A stretch of DNA of 64,000 nucleotides, from assembly GCA_013151635.1 (NCBI GenBank), contig JAADHV010000074.1, forward strand, positions 36,959 to 100,958, written 5' to 3'. Both the position numbers and the translations under genes were made by a program. The notes below the pieces were generated by a model. The model was not told the origin of the DNA and did not search any database. It was given only the letters and a program-made list of their open reading frames with translations. Shown one piece after another: positions 38,827 to 48,286 of the stretch (the first letter of the stretch is position 1; each line of letters starts with the position of its first letter). This stretch comes from Deltaproteobacteria bacterium. GTDB lineage: Bacteria; Desulfobacterota; Desulfobacteria; Desulfobacterales; Desulfobacteraceae.

Positions 38827-39654
38827 TTGCAGGATTCATTTATGGATAATTTTTTCTTTCATTTAATTAATAAGCCCACCCCGGTTTTTTTTCTTGTCGC
38901 AGGCCCCTGTGTCATAGAAAACCTGGAAACCACTTTTAAGATTGCAAGCCATTTAAAAAAGATTACAGGCCGGCTTGGTATTCCTTTTATTTTCAAGGCT
39001 TCCTTTGATAAAGCAAACAGGACATCTATTCACTCTTTCAGAGGACCCGGGTTTAATGACGGGTTAAACATTCTTAACACAATTAAGAATAAATTAAATA
39101 TCCGCATTATTTCGGACATTCATTTACCAGACCAGGCCCAAAAAGCTGCAAAAGTCCTGGATATTATTCAAATTCCTGCATTTTTATGCAGGCAAACCGA
39201 TTTAATTTTGAGTGCCTGCAATACCGGCAAACCCGTTAACATAAAAAAAGGCCAGTTTTTATCACCTTTGGAATGTAATAATATTCTTAACAAGGCAAAG
39301 GAAGCCGGCAACAAAAATATCTGCATTACCGAACGGGGATCTTCTTTTGGATATAATAACCTTGTTGTGGATTTCCGTTCCATACCCATAATTAAAGACC
39401 TGGGTGTTCCTGTTGTCTTTGATGCGACTCACAGTGTTCAACTCCCCGGGGGCGCAAAAAATTCTTCAGCAGGTGAAAGGCAGTTTATCCCGGTTTTGTC
39501 CCGGGCGGCAATTGCCGCAGGTGCTGACGGATTGTTTATTGAAACCCACCCTGAACCTGAAAAAGCCCTGTGCGACGGACCCAATTCTTTACCATTAAGC
39601 GATATGGAAAATCTTTTATCCACCCTTATGGCCATAAAAAAAGCTGTCGGATAA
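38827..39654 (+). CDS. kdsA: 3-deoxy-8-phosphooctulonate synthase
   Basis: AGPCVIEN and FKASFDKANRTSIHSFRGPG. The start may be ATG 38842 rather than TTG 38827. Confidence 0.93.
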   Translation: MQDSFMDNFFFHLINKPTPVFFLVAGPCVIENLETTFKIASHLKKITGRLGIPFIFKASFDKANRTSIHSFRGPGFNDGLNILNTIKNKLNIRIISDIHLPDQAQKAAKVLDIIQIPAFLCRQTDLILSACNTGKPVNIKKGQFLSPLECNNILNKAKEAGNKNICITERGSSFGYNNLVVDFRSIPIIKDLGVPVVFDATHSVQLPGGAKNSSAGERQFIPVLSRAAIAAGADGLFIETHPEPEKALCDGPNSLPLSDMENLLSTLMAIKKAVG

Positions 39655-39661
39655 CTTAATT

Positions 39662-40177
39662 ATGAAAGATAAACTTGCAAAAATCAAACTCTTGTTACTT
39701 GATGTGGACGGGGTGTTAACCGACGGAACCATTACATATTCTGACTCGGGAGAACAGATAAAAAGTTTTAATTCAAAAGACGGCCTTGGGTTAAGGCTTT
39801 TAATGGATGCAGGAATTCAAGTTGGTATCATAACCGGGCGTAAATCAAAAGCCCTGGAATACAGGTGTAAAAACCTTGGTATATTGTTATTGTTTGAAGG
39901 TATCAAGGACAAGTCACAGGTTCTTGAAAAAATTGTTTTAAAAACAGGGATTGCGCTGATGGATATTGCTTTTGCAGGAGACGACCTGATTGATCTTCCT
40001 GTCATGAAAAGGGTTGGGGTTTCTTTTTGTGTCTTAGATGCTTCCCTGGATGTAAAAAAGCATTGTGACATCATGATAAACCAGAACGGGGGACATGGTG
40101 CTGTAAGAGAAATATGCGAGAGTATTCTCAAAGCAAAAGGGCTATGGGACAAGATCCTTAATAAATACCTGTCATGA
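39662..40177 (+). CDS. kdsC: KDO 8-phosphate phosphatase
   Basis: HAD motifs LLLLDVDGVLTDG and AFAGDDLIDLPVM. Confidence 0.92.
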   Translation: MKDKLAKIKLLLLDVDGVLTDGTITYSDSGEQIKSFNSKDGLGLRLLMDAGIQVGIITGRKSKALEYRCKNLGILLLFEGIKDKSQVLEKIVLKTGIALMDIAFAGDDLIDLPVMKRVGVSFCVLDASLDVKKHCDIMINQNGGHGAVREICESILKAKGLWDKILNKYLS

Positions 40178-40752
40178 CGAAATCTTTAAAACCAAAACTG
40201 ACAGCTCCCTTGATAGGATTGCTGGTATTGATGATTATCATCATAAGCGGTTTCTTTTATTTTAACCGTTACCTGTCTGAATCTGTGACAATTAATGATG
40301 TTAAAATAGACACTAAAGCCGCTTTGAAGCTAAATATTATAAAGCAGGTTTCAAAAAAAAACGGGATAAAAGAATGGGAGTTGACCGCAGCTTCTGCAAC
40401 TCTCTTAAAAGGTGAAGACAAGGCTGTACTGATTAATGTCTCAATCATTTTTTTTACAAAAGACAATAAAAAAATTCGCCTGACATCTAAAAAAGGCATT
40501 TTAAATACAAAAACCCATGACATGGTATTTTCAGACAATGTGATTGTAAGGTATGAACTTTCCGTTCTGAGAACTGATAAGTTGCATTATAGAAAAAAAG
40601 AACATATAATATATTCCGAAACTCACGTGAAGCTTGAAAACCAGGATTCAGTCATTGATGCTGATTCAATGACAACAAGGCTGAATGATAATATGACAAT
40701 TTTAAAAGGGCATGTTAGAGGAAATTTCAGTGAAAACTTCGTTATTCAATAA
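40174..40752 (+). CDS. lptC: LPS export system protein LptC
   Basis: A single N-terminal TM segment plus an OstA-like fold, positioned between kdsC and lptA. Confidence 0.8.
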   Translation: MTKSLKPKLTAPLIGLLVLMIIIISGFFYFNRYLSESVTINDVKIDTKAALKLNIIKQVSKKNGIKEWELTAASATLLKGEDKAVLINVSIIFFTKDNKKIRLTSKKGILNTKTHDMVFSDNVIVRYELSVLRTDKLHYRKKEHIIYSETHVKLENQDSVIDADSMTTRLNDNMTILKGHVRGNFSENFVIQ

Positions 40753-41287
40753 AACAATAATATATTTTAAGCTTTTACTTGTCCTGATCGGTTCTGCTCT
40801 TGTTTTTGGAACCGGGACCGCCTGGTCTCAAACAGGAAATGACCAGGATAAAGCCCCACTCCATGTTGAATCAGATAAAATGATTGCACTGAAAGACACA
40901 TCAATGATCGAATTTATCGGAAATGCCAAAGCCACGAGACTTGACTCGATCGTGTTCGCAGATTCAATCAAAATTTACTTTGCCAATGGAAATAAAAGCA
41001 AAACCGGTAATGTTAACAGCAATATAAAAAAGATCGTTTCAACCGGAAACGTAAAATACACGGCCGGGAAACGAAAAGCCTTTGCTGATAAAGCGGTATA
41101 TACAACTGATGACGAGATATTGATTCTCACAGGCAGATCTCCGAAATTAATAACAGGTTCAAGTTTTATAACCGGAAAAAAAATTACTCTTTTCAGAAAA
41201 CAGGATAAGGTAATAGTGGAAAGCGATGGCACAAAAAGAGTCGAAGCTCTTTTTAATCCTGAAGATAATATCACTGAAAAACAATAA
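40712..41287 (+). CDS. lptA: LPS transport periplasmic protein LptA (OstA N-terminal domain)
   Basis: Signal peptide, then a repeated beta-jellyroll pattern (GNAKATRLDS...STGNVKYTAGKRKAFADKAVY). GTG 40730, preceded by GAGGAA, is an alternative start. Confidence 0.82.
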   Translation: MLEEISVKTSLFNKTIIYFKLLLVLIGSALVFGTGTAWSQTGNDQDKAPLHVESDKMIALKDTSMIEFIGNAKATRLDSIVFADSIKIYFANGNKSKTGNVNSNIKKIVSTGNVKYTAGKRKAFADKAVYTTDDEILILTGRSPKLITGSSFITGKKITLFRKQDKVIVESDGTKRVEALFNPEDNITEKQ

Positions 41288-42009
41288 TGACACAACTTTC
41301 ACTAAAAAACCTTGCTAAAATATATGATGGCAAAAAAGTTGCGGATAATGTCAACATTACAGTGAAGCAAGGGGAAGTAACCGGGCTTTTAGGACCGAAC
41401 GGTGCCGGAAAAACAACAACATTCTACATGACGGTGGGACTGATCAGACCCGACGGCGGGACGGTTCTTCTGGACAAAGAAGATATCACGGGAGACCCTA
41501 TGTATATCAGGGCCAGGAAAGGGATAGGATACCTTCCCCAGGAATCAAGCATTTTTAAAAAACTGACGGTGAAACAAAACATCACAGCCATACTTGAAGT
41601 CTTGCCCAAAAATAGCTTTAACATTGAACAAAAAGCAATTGATCTTATGAAAGAACTTGGAATAATCGATCTTGCCGGCCAGAAAGCCAATTCTCTCTCC
41701 GGTGGAGAAAGAAGACGGCTCGAGATTTCAAGAGTCCTTGCAACCGATCCCTTATTTATTCTTTTAGACGAGCCATTTGCAGGTATTGACCCTTTAGCCG
41801 TAATCGATATCCAGCAAATAATTTACCAGTTGACTAAAAAAGGAATCGGGGTTTTAATATCAGATCATAATGTCAGGGAGACCTTGGGGGTTTGTGAAAA
41901 TGCTTATATTATGAACCAGGGAAAAGTAATTGAATCAGGAAGCCCGGATAAAATCATTTCAAGCAAAATAGCAAAAAAAATCTATTTAGGAGAAAATTTC
42001 AAACTGTAA
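41287..42009 (+). CDS. lptB: LPS export ABC transporter ATP-binding protein LptB
   Basis: GPNGAGKTTTFYM, LSGGERRRLEI and ILLDEPFAGIDP. Confidence 0.95.
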   Translation: MTQLSLKNLAKIYDGKKVADNVNITVKQGEVTGLLGPNGAGKTTTFYMTVGLIRPDGGTVLLDKEDITGDPMYIRARKGIGYLPQESSIFKKLTVKQNITAILEVLPKNSFNIEQKAIDLMKELGIIDLAGQKANSLSGGERRRLEISRVLATDPLFILLDEPFAGIDPLAVIDIQQIIYQLTKKGIGVLISDHNVRETLGVCENAYIMNQGKVIESGSPDKIISSKIAKKIYLGENFKL

Positions 42010-42010
42010 T

Positions 42011-43453
42011 ATGGAACTTGGATTACAACAAAGTCTAATATTGACTCAGCAACTTGTCATGACGCCTCAGCTTCAGCAGGCAATCAAACTCCTGCAATTA
42101 TCCCGCATTGAGCTTGCAGAGATGATTCAACAGGAAATGGAACAAAACCCCGCACTGGAAGAAGCAGGGACAGAAGAGCTGTCTGATAAAAAAATTACTG
42201 CACAGGAAAGTGAAACAGGTTCCCCTGAAAAAGAAACCCCTGTAAAAGAAGTCACCATTGAAGAAAAAGTAAGGACAGACACGGACTGGGAAAATTATAT
42301 TAATGAATATAATTCAACAGGAAGGGTCTATATGGAATCAGAAAACATCCAGGCGCCCAATTTTGAAGCATTTACTTCAGACAAAAAGACCCTGGATGAC
42401 CATCTTCAGTGGCAGTTAATGCTATACGGCTTAAGCAGGGAAGAAGAAAAAACAGGCCATATCATTATCGGCAATCTGAACAGGGACGGTTATCTTTGCT
42501 CTGATATCGAAGAGATTGCTCAAAGTTCCGGCCAGGACATAGAACTTGTTGAACATGTTCTTTCAATACTGCAGACTTTTGATCCACCCGGTATCTGCGC
42601 AAGAAATCTTTGCGAGACCTTGCTTATCCAGGTTAAACAGCTCGGAATTGATAATCCTGTTATAGATGAAATCATAAAAAACCATTTAAAAAATCTTGAA
42701 AACAGGAATACAAAAAAAATTGCAAAAGCATTGAAAATATCATTGGATGACGTAAGAGCCGCAGTAAAAATCATCCAATGCCTTGAGCCCAAACCAGGCC
42801 GCAAGTTTTCAACGGATGAGCCTGCCTATATCACTCCGGACATTTATGTTTACAAACAGGAAGACGGTTTCAAAATTGTCATGAATGATGATGGCCTTCC
42901 TAAACTCAAAATAAACCGGTTTTACATGAATGCTATTGCCAATGGCCAAAAGATATCAAAAGATGCCAAAAATTACCTTAATGAAAAAATGCAGTCTGCT
43001 TCCTGGCTTATTAAAAGTATTCATCAACGCCAGAAAACAATTTACCTTGTCATGGAAAGTATTTTAAAATTCCAGAAAGAATTTTTTGAAAAGGGTATCG
43101 CATATCTAAGGCCGCTGATTCTAAAGGACATTGCCGAAGATATTGAAATGCATGAATCCACGATTAGCCGTGTAACAACCAATAAATATGCCTATACCCC
43201 CCAGGGACTTTTTGAATTGAAATACTTTTTTAACTCTTCAATCCAGCGAACCGGCGGTGAATCAATGGCATCAGCAAGTGTAAAGGAAAAAATAAGACTG
43301 TTGATAGGAAAAGAAGATCCTGTAAACCCGTTTAGTGATGAAAAAATAGCGAGTATCCTTCAGGATTCAAATATTCAGATTGCCAGAAGAACGGTGGCAA
43401 AATACAGGAAAGTATTAAACATACTTCCTTCTAATAAACGTAAACAGCTCTAG
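42011..43453 (+). CDS. rpoN: RNA polymerase sigma-54 factor
   Basis: N-terminal LQLSRIELAEMIQQEMEQNPALE, a Glu-rich region II, HESTISRVT and the RpoN box ARRTVAKYR. Confidence 0.97.
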   Translation: MELGLQQSLILTQQLVMTPQLQQAIKLLQLSRIELAEMIQQEMEQNPALEEAGTEELSDKKITAQESETGSPEKETPVKEVTIEEKVRTDTDWENYINEYNSTGRVYMESENIQAPNFEAFTSDKKTLDDHLQWQLMLYGLSREEEKTGHIIIGNLNRDGYLCSDIEEIAQSSGQDIELVEHVLSILQTFDPPGICARNLCETLLIQVKQLGIDNPVIDEIIKNHLKNLENRNTKKIAKALKISLDDVRAAVKIIQCLEPKPGRKFSTDEPAYITPDIYVYKQEDGFKIVMNDDGLPKLKINRFYMNAIANGQKISKDAKNYLNEKMQSASWLIKSIHQRQKTIYLVMESILKFQKEFFEKGIAYLRPLILKDIAEDIEMHESTISRVTTNKYAYTPQGLFELKYFFNSSIQRTGGESMASASVKEKIRLLIGKEDPVNPFSDEKIASILQDSNIQIARRTVAKYRKVLNILPSNKRKQL

Positions 43454-43463
43454 GGAGGTTTTT

Positions 43464-44006
43464 ATGCAAACAACTGTTACTTTTAAAAAAATTGACACCT
43501 CTAGCTCATTAAAATCTTACGTTCAAAAAAAGCTGGATAAATTTGATAAGATGCTGGACAGCCCGGCTGAAGCACATATCGTGCTGTCTGTTGAAAAAAT
43601 CAGACATATAGCAGAGATTACACTTACCTGTGACAGGTTGAGAATTCATGCAAAGGAGTATTCCGAGAGCATGTATTCATCCATTGATACACTGATGGAT
43701 AAAGTAAAATCCCAGATCAATAAGAACAAAGAAAAAATCAAACGCCATATGTCCGGGAATAAGCAGAGCATTAAAAACGAATCCAAACAATCAGGTTACC
43801 CGGAAGGGCTTTTAGATAATTCTGCGACAGAGCAGATAATCATTGAAACTATTGACAATAAACCCATGGATATTGAAGATGCTGCAATTGAATTAAATTC
43901 AGGCAGACAATCATTTTTTGTATTTAACAATGCCCGGACACAGCAGCTCAATGTCCTGTATAAACACAACAATGGTAAGCTGGGATTAATCCAGCCCAGA
44001 GGATAA
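43464..44006 (+). CDS. hpf: Ribosome hibernation promoting factor (long HPF)
   Basis: S30AE N-domain plus a C-terminal dimerisation domain (FFVFNNARTQQLNVLYKHNNGKLGLIQP). It lies downstream of rpoN. Confidence 0.92.
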   Translation: MQTTVTFKKIDTSSSLKSYVQKKLDKFDKMLDSPAEAHIVLSVEKIRHIAEITLTCDRLRIHAKEYSESMYSSIDTLMDKVKSQINKNKEKIKRHMSGNKQSIKNESKQSGYPEGLLDNSATEQIIIETIDNKPMDIEDAAIELNSGRQSFFVFNNARTQQLNVLYKHNNGKLGLIQPRG

Positions 44007-44014
44007 TTCATTAA

Positions 44015-44473
44015 ATGAAAATCAGCCAGGTTCTTAATAAAAATTCTATTATTGCCGACCTTAAAGCCCGCGATAAAAAGGGAGTTATTGATGAACTTGC
44101 AGATGCAGTGTCTAAAACGACAAAAGCATCTGCAAAAAAAATCGCCAGTGTTCTCATGGAACGAGAGCAGTTGGGCAGCACGGGTATTGGCGGAGGGATC
44201 GCCATCCCGCATGGAAAACTTGATTCCGTAGGACCGATTCTTGTTGGTTTCGCCCTTAGCAGGAAGGGTGTTGAATATGAATCACTTGACAATAAGCCGG
44301 TCCATATTTTTTTCCTGCTGCTGACTTCTGAAGATTCCACTGGCGGACATCTTAAGGTTTTAGCCCAGATTTCAAAACTTTTGAAAATAGACCGGTTTAA
44401 AAAAGGGTTATTAGCCGCAAAGTCCCATGATGAGATTTACGATATCATCATGGAGCAGGATGAAGACTTTTAG
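44015..44473 (+). CDS. ptsN: PTS IIA-like nitrogen regulatory protein PtsN
   Basis: ERE..GSTGIGGGIAIPHGK, including the phosphorylatable His. Confidence 0.9.
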   Translation: MKISQVLNKNSIIADLKARDKKGVIDELADAVSKTTKASAKKIASVLMEREQLGSTGIGGGIAIPHGKLDSVGPILVGFALSRKGVEYESLDNKPVHIFFLLLTSEDSTGGHLKVLAQISKLLKIDRFKKGLLAAKSHDEIYDIIMEQDEDF

Positions 44474-44479
44474 GTAAAA

Positions 44480-45355
44480 ATGCAGAAGCTATATATCATA
44501 ACCGGGCTTTCCGGATCAGGAAAAACAACTGCCATTCAAGCATTTGAAGATGCCTCCTTTTATTGCATTGATAATATGCCAATGGAGCTTCTGCCCAAAT
44601 TCCTGGAACTTACCTCAAAAGGAAACCCTGAAGCAAGAGGGCTTGCGGTTGTGATGGACATGAGAAGCAAAAACTTTATATCCAGTTATTTCCCGGGGAT
44701 AAGCTCTATTGAGGATTCAGGCATATCACCGCAGATTATATTTCTTGAGGCAGATGTTGACACATTGTTGAACAGGTATAGCCAGACCAGGCGCCAGCAC
44801 CCTGTCACAAACGAAAAAACCCTTTTGGACAGTATTAAACTGGAAAAAAAAATAATGCTGCCGGTAAAACAGACCGCCCGGCACATTATCAACACCACGA
44901 AATTAAATGTTCACCAGCTTAAATCCCGGATTCTTGACCTGGTTAATGACGGTGATAAATCCATCAGTCTTACAAAAATCAATATCATCTCATTTGGTTT
45001 TAAATACGGGATCCCAAATGATGCCGATCTTGTTATGGACATGAGGTTCTTAACCAATCCGTACTTTATACCGGAACTCAAAGACCAGGATGGTGAATCC
45101 GATGGGGTTAAGCAATTTGTATTATCAAATAAGGAGACCCGGGTTTTTCTTAAAAAATATTTAAATCTTCTTGATTTTTTAATTCCTTTATACAAAAGAG
45201 AAAATAAGGCATACTTGACTTTTGCAGTTGGTTGCACAGGCGGCAGGCACAGAAGCGTGGCCATTGCAAGAAGCATTTTCGAACACCTTAATCAAAAAGG
45301 GCTGAATCCCGGTCTGATCCACAGGGATATTGACAGGGATGCAAAACAAATATGA
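44480..45355 (+). CDS. rapZ: RNase adapter protein RapZ
   Basis: ITGLSGSGKTTA, FLEADVDTLLNRYSQTRRQHP, and CTGGRHRSVA. Confidence 0.93.
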   Translation: MQKLYIITGLSGSGKTTAIQAFEDASFYCIDNMPMELLPKFLELTSKGNPEARGLAVVMDMRSKNFISSYFPGISSIEDSGISPQIIFLEADVDTLLNRYSQTRRQHPVTNEKTLLDSIKLEKKIMLPVKQTARHIINTTKLNVHQLKSRILDLVNDGDKSISLTKINIISFGFKYGIPNDADLVMDMRFLTNPYFIPELKDQDGESDGVKQFVLSNKETRVFLKKYLNLLDFLIPLYKRENKAYLTFAVGCTGGRHRSVAIARSIFEHLNQKGLNPGLIHRDIDRDAKQI

Positions 45356-45765
45356 TAGGTATACTCGTAGTCACCCATGCAAACTTAGCAAGTGCGCTGA
45401 TTGAAACGGTTGAATTCATTTTAGGGAACCGCCCTGATAATCTTCTTCCCGTTTCGATTAATATTCAGGAAGACCCTGACAGTTTAAGAAAAAAAATCAA
45501 GAAAGGAATCTCAAAAGCCAGAACAGATAATGGTGTAATTATCTTAACGGATATGTTCGGCGGGACTCCTTCAAACATAAGTTACTCTTTTTTAGAAGAA
45601 GGCCGGGTGGAAGTGATTTCCGGCGTGAATCTTCCTATCCTTTTAAAAGCTGTTAATTCACGCTCCAAAATGGACATGGAGACATTAACAGCAAGCCTTG
45701 TCGAGCATGGGAAAAGGAGCATATCCCTTGCCAGCGATATTTTAAAAGGAACAAAAAGAGTATAA
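45352..45765 (+). CDS. PTS mannose/fructose-family EIIA component
   Basis: MIGILVVTHANLA (active-site His10) and ILTDMFGGTPSN. Confidence 0.88.
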   Translation: MIGILVVTHANLASALIETVEFILGNRPDNLLPVSINIQEDPDSLRKKIKKGISKARTDNGVIILTDMFGGTPSNISYSFLEEGRVEVISGVNLPILLKAVNSRSKMDMETLTASLVEHGKRSISLASDILKGTKRV

Positions 45766-45804
45766 AGTCTTTTATTATCCAATTATATTATAAGGAGGAC
45801 GAAA

Positions 45805-46812
45805 ATGACTATCAAATTAGGGATTAACGGGTTTGGCAGAATCGGCAGGATGGTCTTTCGTGCAGCATTAAACAACCCTGATGTAGAAGTAACTGCTGTT
45901 AATGACCTGACAGACACAAAAACCATAGCCCATCTTCTTGAATATGACTCTGTCCATGGAGTCCTTAACAACAAAGTGTCTGCAAACGAAGGTTCAATTA
46001 TTGTTGACGATCATACAATCAAGGTAACAGCCTTTAAAGACCCGGGGCAGATCCCCTGGAAGGATGCAGATGTGGATATTGTCTGTGAGTGTACCGGTTT
46101 TTTCAGGGACCATGACAGTGCGTCCAAACATTTTGACGGAGGCGCTAAAAAAGTTCTTATTTCGGCTCCTGCAAGTAATCCGGATATTACCATTGTTATG
46201 GGGGTTAACCATGATATGTATGACCCTTCTTGCCACAACATCATTTCCAATGCATCCTGTACAACCAACTGCCTTGCTCCTGTTGCAAAAGTCCTGCTTG
46301 ATAATTTCGGAATTATTGCAGGCATGATGACAACCATCCATGCCTACACAGGTGACCAGCGCATCCTTGATTTTCCCCATAAAGATCTGAGAAGAGCCAG
46401 GGCAGCAGGACTTTCAATGATTCCGACAACCACTGGTGCTGCAAAAGCCGTATCACTTGTGCTTCCTGAACTTGAAGGAAAACTCAACGGCTTATCCGTC
46501 CGCGTGCCGACCCCTAATGTCTCCATGGTGGATTTTGTGGTCACAACTCAAAAAAACGGCCTTGAAAAAGAAGATGTGAATAATGCTTTAGAGAAAGCAT
46601 CCAAGGAAAATCTTAAGGGTATATTAGGTTATTGCGATGTCCCCCTTGTTTCCATTGATTTCAACTCAAACCCGCTTTCTTCTATTGTTGATGCAGGGTG
46701 TACTGATGTAATTAACGGTAACATGGTAAAAATCTATTCATGGTACGATAATGAAACAGGATATTCCAGCAGAATGATAGATCTTGCTCTGATGGTTGGA
46801 AAATCCTTATAA
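45805..46812 (+). CDS. gap: Type I glyceraldehyde-3-phosphate dehydrogenase
   Basis: INGFGRIGR and SNASCTTNCLAP (catalytic Cys). GGAGG RBS. Confidence 0.97.
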   Translation: MTIKLGINGFGRIGRMVFRAALNNPDVEVTAVNDLTDTKTIAHLLEYDSVHGVLNNKVSANEGSIIVDDHTIKVTAFKDPGQIPWKDADVDIVCECTGFFRDHDSASKHFDGGAKKVLISAPASNPDITIVMGVNHDMYDPSCHNIISNASCTTNCLAPVAKVLLDNFGIIAGMMTTIHAYTGDQRILDFPHKDLRRARAAGLSMIPTTTGAAKAVSLVLPELEGKLNGLSVRVPTPNVSMVDFVVTTQKNGLEKEDVNNALEKASKENLKGILGYCDVPLVSIDFNSNPLSSIVDAGCTDVINGNMVKIYSWYDNETGYSSRMIDLALMVGKSL

Positions 46813-46830
46813 TCAATCCGGAGGCATAAA

Positions 46831-47589
46831 ATGAGCAGAATCCCTTTAATTGCCGGCAACTGGAAAATGTATAAAACAGGGCCGGAAGCAGTAGAAACAG
46901 CCATGGAACTTGCCGGACTTTGTTCGGATGTCCGGGATGTCGAAGTCATGATAGCGCCGACCTATCTGTCACTTCCCCTTGTTGCTGCATCTATTAAAGA
47001 CACTGATGTGAAATTAGGGGCACAGAATCTATATTTTGAAAAACAAGGCGCGTTCACTGGTGAAGTCAGTGCAGATATGATTAAGGCTGCAGGTGCGGAA
47101 TATGTCATCATAGGCCATTCGGAAAGAAGACAGTATTTTGGTGAGACTGATTCCCTGGTTTTTAAAAAAATCAAATCTGCAATAGAAGCCGGGTTAAAAC
47201 CTGTTTTATGTATTGGTGAGACCGGGAAACAAAAAGATGAAGAAAAAACCTTCACAGTACTTGACAAACAGGTGTCAGATGGGTTAAAAGGCTTTGGTCT
47301 TGATGAGCTTGACGATCTGGTTCTTGCCTATGAGCCTGTATGGGCCATTGGCACGGGAAAAACAGCCGATACCGGCCAGGTTAATGAGGTTCATCAGTAT
47401 TTGCGTTCCTTACTTGAAAAATTATTTTCAAAGGACTTTTCCCACCGGACAAGGATACTTTACGGTGGCTCGGTCAAACCTGAGAATGCAAAAGATTTAA
47501 TGGGTATTGAGGATGTGGACGGGGCTCTGGTTGGTGGAGCAAGCCTTGATGCAAATAAGTTTATTAACATTATAAAGTATAATAAATAA
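46831..47589 (+). CDS. tpiA: Triosephosphate isomerase
   Basis: IAGNWKM, IIGHSERR, AYEPVWAIGTG and YGGSV. Confidence 0.97.
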   Translation: MSRIPLIAGNWKMYKTGPEAVETAMELAGLCSDVRDVEVMIAPTYLSLPLVAASIKDTDVKLGAQNLYFEKQGAFTGEVSADMIKAAGAEYVIIGHSERRQYFGETDSLVFKKIKSAIEAGLKPVLCIGETGKQKDEEKTFTVLDKQVSDGLKGFGLDELDDLVLAYEPVWAIGTGKTADTGQVNEVHQYLRSLLEKLFSKDFSHRTRILYGGSVKPENAKDLMGIEDVDGALVGGASLDANKFINIIKYNK

Positions 47590-47594
47590 TTGAT

Positions 47595-47879
47595 ATGACA
47601 AATTTAATAGTCGCATTACATGTTTCGGTTTGCATCTTACTTATTCTGATTGTATTGCTCCAAAGCGGGAAAGGTGCGGAAATGGGCGTTTCTCTTGGTG
47701 GCGGTGCAGGCCAGACACTTTTTGGTGCAGGAGGCCCTGCAACCATATTGACAAAAATCACAACCGTGGTTGCCGTAATTTTCATGGCTACCTCACTGAC
47801 CCTGGCATATTTATCAGGCAATCAGTCAGAAACCTCGGTAATGAAGAATACTGTACCTATTGAGCAGACGACCAAGTAA
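47595..47879 (+). CDS. secG: Preprotein translocase subunit SecG
   Basis: 94 aa, two TM segments, and [11 protein letters not shown]...GAG... motifs. Confidence 0.9.
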   Translation: MTNLIVALHVSVCILLILIVLLQSGKGAEMGVSLGGGAGQTLFGAGGPATILTKITTVVAVIFMATSLTLAYLSGNQSETSVMKNTVPIEQTTK

Positions 47880-47905
47880 CATATTAAAAAAAAAACAGAC
47901 AGAAT

Positions 47906-47990
47906 GCCGAAGTGGTGGAATAGGTAGACACGCACGCTTGAGGGGCGTGTGGGGCGACCCGTGGGAGTTCAAGTCTCCCCTTCGGCACCA
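47906..47990 (+). tRNA. tRNA-Leu (anticodon GAG), CCA encoded
   Basis: Acceptor stem GCCGAAG/CTTCGGC. Anticodon stem CACGC/GCGTG with loop TTGAGGG. Long variable arm. T-arm GGGAGTTCAAGTCTCCC. Confidence 0.93.
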
Positions 47991-48000
47991 TAAATAATAA

Positions 48001-48035
48001 AAGCCACGGGCAATAATTGTTCGTGGCTTTTTATT
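48001..48035 (+). terminator. Rho-independent terminator after tRNA-Leu
   Basis: Stem AAGCCACG / CGTGGCTT with a 13-nt loop, followed by TTTATT. Confidence 0.75.
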
Positions 48036-48061
48036 AATTTAATTAAATATTCAGGTGCGGG

Positions 48062-48256
48062 ATGGCAAAAGCTCACAGGAGAGATTGTTTCAAATGCACA
48101 TTCTTCTATGTAACATGGGATCCGCATCACCCTAATGGTTGCAGGGCCATGGGCTTTAAAACCAAGAGGCTGCCAAGTGTTGTCGTGTTTCAATCATCTG
48201 GCAAACCATGCAGGCTTTATAAAGAAAAAACACTTAAGAATCCTGATTCATCTTGA
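48062..48256 (+). CDS. Small Cys-containing protein (64 aa), function unknown
   Basis: CxxC...C...C pattern (CFKCTFFYVTWDPHHPNGCRAMGFK...GKPC). Coding looks plausible but the RBS is weak. Confidence 0.45.
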   Translation: MAKAHRRDCFKCTFFYVTWDPHHPNGCRAMGFKTKRLPSVVVFQSSGKPCRLYKEKTLKNPDSS

Positions 48257-48286
48257 ATTATTTCTAATCTTGTTTATATTTAGCCT

